From contig CALVHI010000001.1 in assembly GCA_944327365.1 (NCBI GenBank), positions 300-64,299 on the forward strand: a stretch of DNA of 64,000 nt, read 5' to 3'. Below, piece after piece: positions 18,021 through 26,208 of the stretch. Positions within the stretch are counted from its first letter, which is position 1; every line of letters begins with the position of its first letter. Under the pieces are notes generated by a model. That model saw only the letters and a list, made by a program, of their open reading frames with translations, was not told the origin of the DNA and searched no databases. Both the position numbers and the translations under genes were made by a program. This DNA is from an uncultured Bacilli bacterium (GTDB taxonomy: Bacteria > Bacillota_I > Bacilli_A > RF39 > UBA660).

Positions 18021-20621
18021 ATGTGGCATGGTTTAAGTAATGAAGAAGTAGAAGTAAACCGAAAGAAATATGGGACAAACAGTATTACAAAAGTTAAATC
18101 TAAAGGCTTTTTTAAATTACTATTAGAATCCTTAGGAGACCCTATTATAAAGATATTATTAGTCGCTTTAGCTATTAAAGTAGTCTTTTTATTTGAAGAT
18201 TCCAATTATTTTGAAACTCTAGGAATATTAATTGCAATATTTTTAGCATCATTTATATCAACAATATCAGAATATGGAAGCGAAACTGCTTTTCGTCGCC
18301 TTCAAGAAGAAAGTGCTAGAATTTTAGTAAAAGTACTAAGAAATAACCAAACACTTCAAATTCCTCTAGAAGAAATAGTAGTAAATGATATTGTAATTTT
18401 ACAAAGTGGAGATCGTATACCGGCAGATGGATATTTATTAAAAGGAACACTTCGAGTAGATGAATCAAGTCTAAATGGAGAAACAAAGGAAGCTAAAAAA
18501 TATCCTCCAATAAATCCTCATAATTTAGAAGATCAACACAAGTTATATCGTGGATCAGTAGTTTATAATGGAGATGCCTACATGCTTGTAACTAAAGTTG
18601 GGCAAAATACTCTATATGGAGCTTTAGCAAGTGAATTAGGAGAAAGTGCGCCAGTGTCTCCATTAAAATTAAGACTTCAAGGTTTAGCTAAATTGATTAG
18701 CCGTATTGGTTACTTTGGGGCAGCTTTAGTAACCATATCTTATTTATTTTCAGTAATTGTCATAGATAATAATTTTGAAAGTGAACTAATATGGAATACA
18801 CTAACAGATTTTCGAGTAATGGCCGATCATTTAATTTATGCTTTAACTTTAAGTGTAACTATTATTGTTGTAGCAGTCCCTGAAGGCCTACCAATGATGA
18901 TTACTCTTGTTTTATCTAGTAATATGAAGAGAATGCTTAAAAATAATGTACTAGTTCGCAAGCTAGTTGGAATTGAAACAGCAGGTAGCATTAATGTTTT
19001 ACTAACAGATAAAACCGGCACACTAACTAAGGGTAAACTAGAAGTAAGTGAAATTATTACCGCGGACAACATTCATTACAAAACCATCCAATCCCTAAAA
19101 GCAAATCCCCAATACTATGAACAGTTATATTTAAGTCTATACTATAATAATGAAAGTAAATTCGATGATAAAAATGAAGTAATTGGTGGAAATGCTACAG
19201 ATAAATCTTGTTTAAAATTTATAAAAGAAGATAAAAATATTAAACAAAAAGTATTAAATAAAACTCCATTCGATAGTAGTATAAAGTATAGTACAGCCAC
19301 ATTAGATAATAACTACACTTATATTAAAGGAGCTTTAGAAATATTACTTCCTAATATAACATATTATTTAAATAAACAAGGAGAAGAAAAAGTTTTATTA
19401 AATAAAAGAATGCTTACCAATATAAGAGATGATTTAACTAAAAAGAAAATACGAATAATTGCTTTGTGCAGAAATAAAACAAATTCATTAAATAATTTAA
19501 CATTTATTGGTTTTGTTGCTATTAAAGATGAATTAAGAAAAGAAGCAAAAGAAGGGGTTAGTTTAATTAGAAGCGCTGGCATCAATATGATTATGATAAC
19601 AGGAGACGCAAAGGATACGGCAACATCCATAGGAAAAGAAGTAGGCCTTTTAGATAAAGAAGACATAGTACTAACAAGTGAAGAACTATCCAAATTAAAT
19701 GATGATCAGATAAAAAAAATAGCAGGGAAACTAAAAGTGGTAGCAAGAGCTCTACCAACAGATAAATCAAGATTAGTTCGTATATTAGAAGAAATGGATT
19801 TAGTTGTAGGAATGACTGGGGATGGCGTAAATGATGCACCGGCCCTAAAGAAAGCAAATGTTGGATTTGCTATGGGAAGTGGAACAGAAGTAGCGAAAGA
19901 AGCTGCCGATATTGTAATTCTTGATGACAATATTTTGTCAATTAGTAAAGCAATTCTTTATGGAAGAACTATTTTTAAAAGTATTCGTAAGTTTATTATC
20001 TATCAATTAACGGTAAATATGTGTGCCTTAATCCTTTCTATTATTGGCCCATTTATAGGTATTAATACGCCAATTACTATCATTCAAATGTTATGGTTAA
20101 ACATGATTATGGATACTTTCTCTGGACTAGCTTTTTCTTTTGAACCAGCCCTAAAAAACTACATGCATGAACCACCAAAACCTAAAAGTGAACCCATAAT
20201 TAATTCTTATATGATTGGTGAAGTCTTATTTACAGGTCTATATTCTGCAATAATTTGCATTTTATTCTTAAAACTACCTGTTGTAACAGAATTTATACGG
20301 GTTGGTGAAGATAGTAAATATTTAATGACTGCTTATTTTGCATTATTTATCTTTATTGGTATATTTAATGCCTTTAATGCGCGAAGTGAGCGAATTAATA
20401 TTTTTGCTAACTTAAGAAAAAATAAAGTATTTATAGCAATCATAATCTTTATTATAAGTGTCCAAATTTATTTAATTTATCATGGCGGAGATTTATTTAG
20501 GACATATGGCTTGAAAGCAAGTGAATTCTTTATTGTTTTACTCTTAGCAGCAACAGTATTTCCAATTGATTTTCTAAGAAAATGTTTTTTGCGTAAACAT
20601 CACTTAAAAACAGGTGTTTAA
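18021..20621 (+). CDS. Calcium-translocating P-type ATPase (P2-type)
   Basis: DKTGTLT phosphorylation site, TGDGVNDAPALKKA hinge, 10-TM organisation, N-terminus M.HGLS.EEV. Confidence 0.9.
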   Translation: MWHGLSNEEVEVNRKKYGTNSITKVKSKGFFKLLLESLGDPIIKILLVALAIKVVFLFEDSNYFETLGILIAIFLASFISTISEYGSETAFRRLQEESARILVKVLRNNQTLQIPLEEIVVNDIVILQSGDRIPADGYLLKGTLRVDESSLNGETKEAKKYPPINPHNLEDQHKLYRGSVVYNGDAYMLVTKVGQNTLYGALASELGESAPVSPLKLRLQGLAKLISRIGYFGAALVTISYLFSVIVIDNNFESELIWNTLTDFRVMADHLIYALTLSVTIIVVAVPEGLPMMITLVLSSNMKRMLKNNVLVRKLVGIETAGSINVLLTDKTGTLTKGKLEVSEIITADNIHYKTIQSLKANPQYYEQLYLSLYYNNESKFDDKNEVIGGNATDKSCLKFIKEDKNIKQKVLNKTPFDSSIKYSTATLDNNYTYIKGALEILLPNITYYLNKQGEEKVLLNKRMLTNIRDDLTKKKIRIIALCRNKTNSLNNLTFIGFVAIKDELRKEAKEGVSLIRSAGINMIMITGDAKDTATSIGKEVGLLDKEDIVLTSEELSKLNDDQIKKIAGKLKVVARALPTDKSRLVRILEEMDLVVGMTGDGVNDAPALKKANVGFAMGSGTEVAKEAADIVILDDNILSISKAILYGRTIFKSIRKFIIYQLTVNMCALILSIIGPFIGINTPITIIQMLWLNMIMDTFSGLAFSFEPALKNYMHEPPKPKSEPIINSYMIGEVLFTGLYSAIICILFLKLPVVTEFIRVGEDSKYLMTAYFALFIFIGIFNAFNARSERINIFANLRKNKVFIAIIIFIISVQIYLIYHGGDLFRTYGLKASEFFIVLLLAATVFPIDFLRKCFLRKHHLKTGV

Positions 20622-20684
20622 AAAAATTTAAAATTTTCCACCGTTCGACAAATTTTGCACACGTATTATGCTAAGATATAAAAG

Positions 20685-21113
20685 GTGAGAAAAATGAGAA
20701 CATTTTACATATTTAATATTAATAAAAGTTTTTATAACTTAATGAAAAACAATCCATATCATTTATTTAAAACAATGGAAGACATTCATAATTTTAATAA
20801 AAATGATGTATCAGTAGCATATGATTTATTTATGCAAATTGTATCTCCATTTGATAAAGGGAAAATAAATAATTTAATTTTTAATGAATGTAAAGATAAT
20901 GACTTTTATACTAAATTTCATAATATACACAGAATTCAAAACAAATATATACCTGAAGATTCTTGCTTAATAGTAAGTAGCGCTTTTCTATTATTAGAAA
21001 GTAATGTTTTAAAACCAAGTTTTTTAACAGAGCTAAAAGAATTAAATAATTTATTTATTTGTGATTTTAAAAATAAAGATTATTTTTGGTTAAATGAACT
21101 TGTTCGCTTGTAA
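20685..21113 (+). CDS. Hypothetical protein
   Basis: 142-aa ORF; no motif. Confidence 0.35.
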   Translation: MRKMRTFYIFNINKSFYNLMKNNPYHLFKTMEDIHNFNKNDVSVAYDLFMQIVSPFDKGKINNLIFNECKDNDFYTKFHNIHRIQNKYIPEDSCLIVSSAFLLLESNVLKPSFLTELKELNNLFICDFKNKDYFWLNELVRL

Positions 21114-21155
21114 AAAAGGAATGTTTATAGTAAAATATGAGTGAGGTGAAAATTT

Positions 21156-21365
21156 ATGTGGGGACAAATATTATGGTGCGTTATAGGACTAATTGTAGGT
21201 CTTTTGATTGGCTTTTTTTTAGCTAGACATTTTATGCAAAAATATTTAAAGAAAAATCCACCAATTAATGAAAAAATGATTGAAGCAATGATGTCAAGTA
21301 TGGGAAGAAAGCCTAGTAAGAAACAAGTAAATCAAGTAATGCGCGAAATGAATAAATTTATGTAA
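21156..21365 (+). CDS. yneF: YneF family membrane protein (UPF0154)
   Basis: Single TM segment + [10 protein letters not shown]...M-rich tail, very similar to B. subtilis YneF. Confidence 0.75.
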   Translation: MWGQILWCVIGLIVGLLIGFFLARHFMQKYLKKNPPINEKMIEAMMSSMGRKPSKKQVNQVMREMNKFM

Positions 21366-21371
21366 TTAATA

Positions 21372-21398
21372 ACCCAAGTTATTCAAAATACTTGGGAT
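21372..21398. terminator. Bidirectional hairpin between convergent yneF and the XRE gene
   Basis: CCCAAGT tattcaaaat ACTTGGG. Confidence 0.35.
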
Positions 21399-21834
21399 TA
21401 TCTATTTTACCTAAAAGATAGTCAGCAGATATATGATATTTTTTACAAATAGTATAAAGAAAAGGGGTAGCAATAATGGCACGATTACTTTCATAATTGC
21501 CTATTGTTCCCTTAGAAACGTTTAATAATGTTGCTAATTTTTCCTGAGATAGTTTATTTTCTTTCCTAAATTCTTTTAATCTAGCTTTAACAATATTAAG
21601 ATCAATATCCTGATCTACATTTTGATATTGTTTCGTATCTGTTAAACCAAAAATATAATCAAGAGAAACATGAAAATAACTACATAAAAGATTTAAATGC
21701 TTGATAGGAATTATAGTATATTCTTTCTCAAAGTGATTAAAAGTTTGTTTGGTTACCCCAATAATTTGGCCTAACTGCTCCTGCGTTAAGCCATTTCTTT
21801 CTCTTAATGATCTAAGCTGTTTTCCATACATCAT
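21379..21834 (-). CDS. Double-HTH XRE family transcriptional regulator (module A)
   Basis: Two HTH_XRE domains (LTQEQLGQIIGVTKQTFNHFE; LSQEKLATLLNVSKGTIGNYE). Divergent from the downstream surface-protein gene. Confidence 0.8.
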   Translation of the reverse strand: MMYGKQLRSLRERNGLTQEQLGQIIGVTKQTFNHFEKEYTIIPIKHLNLLCSYFHVSLDYIFGLTDTKQYQNVDQDIDLNIVKARLKEFRKENKLSQEKLATLLNVSKGTIGNYESNRAIIATPFLYTICKKYHISADYLLGKIDNPKYFE

Positions 21835-21907
21835 TATATCACCTAAAACAATTTTCTCATACCCAATTTATTATTTTGCAATTAGTATCCTAATAATGAG
21901 AATTTTC

Positions 21908-21976
21908 TTGACTTTTTATCTAGCCCAATTTATAATTTAAATATAAGCTAGGAAACTCATCTATCATAGCTTATAT
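21908..21976 (+). promoter_or_regulatory. Consensus sigma-A promoter (TTGACT-17-TATAAT) plus a 10-bp perfect inverted repeat in the 5'UTR of paralog A
   Basis: TTGACT 21908-21913. TATAAT 21931-21936. ATATAAGCTA (21941-21950) / TAGCTTATAT (21967-21976). The same block recurs upstream of paralog C. Confidence 0.55.
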
Positions 21977-22023
21977 TTACACCTAAATGAATGAAGGTGT
22001 ACTTCACAGAAATGAGGTAAGTT

Positions 22024-23325
22024 ATGAAGTTCGAAGTATTAAAAAGAAGTCATTTAAAAAGAAATATTATCATAGGATTATTTGCAGTTGCTATCATATC
22101 AGCCACTGTTCTTAATTTTACTCAAGCTAAATACAGAGTAACAGAAAGTATACCCCTCATAAATGGAACTATCCATTATACCCCCTATGATTTAAACTTA
22201 GTAGCTATGTATCAACAAGATGAGACAGGTGAATATATAAGCATAGATACAGTACCAACAAGTGGATACACACTAAATGAGAGTGAAAGTTATTGTGAAA
22301 TAAATGATACAAAAGATAATACCATAACGATAGAATATCAAGATGGGAAAGTTAATTTTTTAGGTTTAATGAAAAAGGGAACGAAATGTTATTTATACTT
22401 TGATGAATATCAAGCTAAAGATATAATTCTAGCAGGAAAAGACATTAAAGAAAGAACTAGCTTTAATAGTGTACTTACAACCAATACAAATGGAATAATT
22501 TATCAAGAAGAAACAAGTGATGGAACAACTTATTACTTTGCCGGAGATACAGATGAAAACTGGGTATCTTTTGCTGGATATTATTGGCGAATCATAAGGG
22601 TAAATGAAGATGGATCAATAAGAATAATCTATAATGGAACAAGTACTAGTACAACCGGAAGTGGAACCCAACTACAGACAAGCGCATTCAATAGTTCGCG
22701 TGATAATAACGCCTATGTAGGATACATGTATACATTAAATAATGTCCATGGAACAGGAACAAGTAGTACAATCAAAGGAATACTAGATAATTTCTATAAA
22801 GATCATATCGCTGGAGAATATGAAGATTATATTAGTAAAGAAGCAGGATTCTGTGGAGATAGAACAAGAAGTACAAGTAGTAGTTCACTCAATAATTCAG
22901 GAGGAACGGGAACAACGGTAACCTATTATGGAGCATATATCAGATTAGCAAATAGTTCCAAAAATCCAACGTTTGAATGTAGTGATGAAGCATATGACTT
23001 GTATACCGTACAAGAAAGCAGTAAAGGGAATCATGCCTTAACGTATCCAATCGGCCTCATCACAGCCGATGAAGTAGCTTATGCCGGAGGAGTATGGGCC
23101 ACTAGCAATAGTAGTTATTACCTCTATAATGGAGAGTATTACTGGACCATGTCTCCGAATTACTTTGTTGACAATAGCGCTTGGATGTTGTCTGTGGATT
23201 CGGATGGCAATCTCCGCATCAACTACGCGGATCGCTCGAATGGCGTCCGCCCAGTATTAAATCTGGATGCTGGTGTAACAATAAAATCAGGAAATGGCAC
23301 AGCAGATTCTCCATTTGTAGTCTGA
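22024..23325 (+). CDS. Signal-anchored mosaic surface/secreted protein, paralog A (unknown family)
   Basis: N-terminus MKFEVLKRSHLKRNIIIGLFAVAIIS. Variable block about aa 55-135. Conserved blocks ILAGKDI.ERT.F...DGTTYYFAGDTDENWVSFAGYYW.IIR.NEDGS, GFCGDRT, TFEC, GLITADEV.YAGG, YWT.SP, GVRPVLNLDAGVT. Three paralogs in the window. Confidence 0.7.
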   Translation: MKFEVLKRSHLKRNIIIGLFAVAIISATVLNFTQAKYRVTESIPLINGTIHYTPYDLNLVAMYQQDETGEYISIDTVPTSGYTLNESESYCEINDTKDNTITIEYQDGKVNFLGLMKKGTKCYLYFDEYQAKDIILAGKDIKERTSFNSVLTTNTNGIIYQEETSDGTTYYFAGDTDENWVSFAGYYWRIIRVNEDGSIRIIYNGTSTSTTGSGTQLQTSAFNSSRDNNAYVGYMYTLNNVHGTGTSSTIKGILDNFYKDHIAGEYEDYISKEAGFCGDRTRSTSSSSLNNSGGTGTTVTYYGAYIRLANSSKNPTFECSDEAYDLYTVQESSKGNHALTYPIGLITADEVAYAGGVWATSNSSYYLYNGEYYWTMSPNYFVDNSAWMLSVDSDGNLRINYADRSNGVRPVLNLDAGVTIKSGNGTADSPFVV

Positions 23326-23498
23326 CTAACTGACAGTTTTGATAAATCTAGGTGAAACCTAGGTTAAATGCTATAAAAAGTGCAACCTAAAGTGTATAAT
23401 TTTAATTAAATGGTATAACAGTTGGTATAAATGTATATTATTGAAGAACTTATCTGCAAATTTATTCTAATATATAATATTTATTACACGTCAAAATG

Positions 23499-23523
23499 GC
23501 ACAGAGTATTCTGTGCTTTTTAG
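23499..23523 (+). terminator. Rho-independent terminator
   Basis: GCACAGA gtatt TCTGTGC TTTTT. Confidence 0.5.
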
Positions 23524-23908
23524 ATGAGTTAAATAATTATATGTCATAAAGAATAAAATTATAAGGTATTCTAATATATTTAGATGATTGATAAGCAAGA
23601 TGAAATAAAGTTAAACCAGTGTTGAATAAAGACATGAATCTGATCTTCTTGCCTTTATCTATTTTATGAGTTTTAATTTTAATATTTTTATATATTCTTG
23701 TATTTTTACTATAATCAGCACCTAGAATAGTCATATGTGCAAAACAATAGCCATATATCTAATTATTTAGAAACAAAGTTTTTATAACTAAATTCCCAGC
23801 ATATTTTAAACGGGAACTTAAATTTAAAATTAAAACTTTACATTTTTTTCTTGATTTTCACATATAGATATGTTAGACTTATAAATAGAATAAAAGGTGG
23901 TGTTAAGG

Positions 23909-24775
23909 ATGGATTTCCTTGATAAGTTATATAGTAGTAATTATTTTGGTATTGGTTTATTTGCAGTCATTGCATTTTTAGTAGTAACGTTTTTAATTGT
24001 TCTCTTTTTTGGTAAAAAAGATGAAAAGAAAAGAAAATTAGAAGTAACACAAAATCTAGAAGCTACCGACACATTTAAAGAAACGACCAAAGAAGTACCG
24101 GTTGAAATACCAACTAATCCAGAACCTGTAGCGCCTATTGATTTAGACCCAGTATCTCCACTCCCAGTGGAAGAAAAAACTGAACCAGTTATTTCAGAAA
24201 ATAAAGAGCCATTAGAAACGGTTATTCCAGTTGCTCCTGTTGCACCAATAAATGAAGAATACGTTGAAAATTTAACTGTAGAAGAGCCAGCAAAAGAAGA
24301 GGTAAAACCGGTAATTGATCCAATATCACCAATTATTAATGAAGAACCTGTAGCAGAACCAGTAAAATTAGAACCTACTAAAATAAATATTCCAATTGAA
24401 CCAGTTAATCCAGTAATAAACGAAGGAGTAACACCGGTAATAAAAGAAGAAGAACCAAAACTTCAAATTAACGAAGAACCTATATTAAATACATATTATA
24501 AACCAATCGAAAAAACAACTTCAGATCCAATTAAAGTACCAAACATTGATTTTGATTCATTAGCTAAGTCAATATCTAAAGAATTAGATGAATTAGAAAA
24601 TGATACTAAAAAATATGAAGAAATAAAAGTAACACCAATTTCCGAAGTAGCTAAAACAGAAACAAATACAGTAAAGCAACCAGAAACATTTAGTTCTGTT
24701 TATGTAAAAGAGGAACCAAAAACAGAAATTGAACTACCAAAAAGAATCGATTTACCTGTTAAAAAAAATGATTAA
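23909..24775 (+). CDS. Membrane-anchored Pro/Glu/Val-rich repeat protein
   Basis: N-terminal TM (FGIGLFAVIAFLVVTFLIVLFF), then degenerate EPV/PVxP repeats. Start ATG 23909 after AAGGTGG. Confidence 0.55.
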   Translation: MDFLDKLYSSNYFGIGLFAVIAFLVVTFLIVLFFGKKDEKKRKLEVTQNLEATDTFKETTKEVPVEIPTNPEPVAPIDLDPVSPLPVEEKTEPVISENKEPLETVIPVAPVAPINEEYVENLTVEEPAKEEVKPVIDPISPIINEEPVAEPVKLEPTKINIPIEPVNPVINEGVTPVIKEEEPKLQINEEPILNTYYKPIEKTTSDPIKVPNIDFDSLAKSISKELDELENDTKKYEEIKVTPISEVAKTETNTVKQPETFSSVYVKEEPKTEIELPKRIDLPVKKND

Positions 24776-24948
24776 GAGCCTAAAATTAAGCTCTTTTTTT
24801 GTAAAAGTGCCGTAAAATACAAATAAAACGCCTAATTTATGCTTAAAATTACAAAAAAGTTCTTGATTTTAAAGGAGTTTTCTGATAAATTTATTATGTA
24901 AGGTAAAGACCTTATAAATTTTAGTTTTTGAGTTGGGAGGTATATGAA

Positions 24949-25221
24949 ATGTCAAGAACTGAATTAGTAGAATTTGCTGCTGCTAAAACTGAAGTATCAA
25001 AAGCAGAGGTTGGACGTGTATTAGATGCACTATTAGAAGGAATCCAAACAGGACTAAAAAAAGAAGGAAAAGTAACTTTAGTTGGTTTTGGAACTTTTAG
25101 TGCTAAAAAACGTGCTGCTCGTGAAGGTATCAATCCTTTAACTAAAGAAGCTATTAAAATTCCTGCTAAAACAGTTGCTTCTTTCAAAGCTGGAAGCAAA
25201 CTAAAAGACGCTTTAAATTAA
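24949..25221 (+). CDS. hup: DNA-binding protein HU
   Basis: MSRTELVEFAA...GFGTFSAKKRAAREGINPLTKEAIKIPAKTVASFKAGSKLKDAL. Start ATG 24949 after GGGAGG. Confidence 0.9.
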   Translation: MSRTELVEFAAAKTEVSKAEVGRVLDALLEGIQTGLKKEGKVTLVGFGTFSAKKRAAREGINPLTKEAIKIPAKTVASFKAGSKLKDALN

Positions 25222-25231
25222 TTTAGCAGTT

Positions 25232-25262
25232 AAAAAATTCAGATTAATTTCTGAATTTTTTT
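25232..25262 (+). terminator. Rho-independent terminator after hup
   Basis: AATTCAGA ttaattt TCTGAATT TTTTT. Confidence 0.5.
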
Positions 25263-25267
25263 ATCTT

Positions 25268-25716
25268 ATAGGAAAGTACAGAAAAACGTGTATTTTAAAA
25301 TTTTACTCTTAAAGAACATATGTATTTATAGTATGATGCTATTATCAGGGGTGATAATGAATATGAAAATACATAAAGCTTATAAATTTCGTTTGTATCC
25401 AACAAAAGAACAAATAGTATTAATTCGTAAAACTTTTGGATTTGTAATAGATGTGGAAATAAAGATAAAGTTTTGAAAGATTTAAGAATAAGAGAATATC
25501 GCTGTAGCAAATGTGGTTTAGAAATAGAAAGAGATTATAATGCAAGTATCAATATATTAAATGAAGGATTAAGAGGTTACAATAATTAAATTAAAATAGA
25601 AAAAATAAAGAAGTACGGGAGCAACTCTCGGAAATGAGGTCTGTTATGTAAGAAATTACAGCAGAAAAAAACGAACCGTGAGGTTCGGCGGATTAACGTA
25701 AGTTAATTCTTATGTT
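25268..25716 (+). mobile_element. Miniature IS200/IS605-derived element with decayed TnpB (N- and C-terminal fragments) and a conserved RNA-like right end, copy 2
   Basis: Left end TATAGGAAAGTACAG. TnpB N-terminal fragment MKIHKAYKFRLYPTKEQ. C-terminal zinc-finger fragment REYRCSKCGLEIERDYNASINILNEG in another frame. Right end gaagtacgggagcaactctcggaaatgaggtctgttatgtaag...aaccgtgaggttcggcggattaacgtaagttaattcTTATGTT. Confidence 0.6.
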
Positions 25717-25752
25717 CTGTAATGAAAAGAGAATGTAAAGAAAATAATTCAT

Positions 25753-26076
25753 CTATTTTCTAACATCCCCATTTTTATTTTGATCATAAAGCTTATATAA
25801 ATATTTTATTCTAGCTTCAAGTTTAAAGTAGTAAATAATATAAGGAATTAAAAAACAAATCATGAATAAAGCAAAAATAAAATATATTACAGAATCTTTA
25901 ATATGACAAATAAATATAACAGTAAACGAAGCATAAAAAAGAGTAATAATTAAATGAATAAGCCTCTCTTTATTAAAAAAATCAATCTTAATAAGCATTT
26001 CCTTTTCTAAATTATTTTCTTTATTCTTAATTTTTTCTTCTACTTCCCTAATATAAAAATCGATATATTCTTTCAT
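25753..26076 (-). CDS. Small two-TM membrane protein, hypothetical
   Basis: 107-aa ORF with hydrophobic core. Confidence 0.35.
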   Translation of the reverse strand: MKEYIDFYIREVEEKIKNKENNLEKEMLIKIDFFNKERLIHLIITLFYASFTVIFICHIKDSVIYFIFALFMICFLIPYIIYYFKLEARIKYLYKLYDQNKNGDVRK

Positions 26077-26208
26077 CTATCTCACCAATTTTATTTTATC
26101 AAGAATAAAGAAGAAAGTCTACGATTTAGCTCAATTTTTTGTTAACAAAATAAAAAATTAATGTTATAATTAAACATAAAGCCAATAAAATAAATAGGAG
26201 GGATTTTT

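Noticed and set aside
19364-19930. Several minus-strand ORFs inside the P-type ATPase gene; also 26946..27464 inside the ABC gene and 57556..58005 inside ftsK
   Set aside because: Overlap well-supported conserved genes on the other strand. Low-complexity compositions and no RBS.
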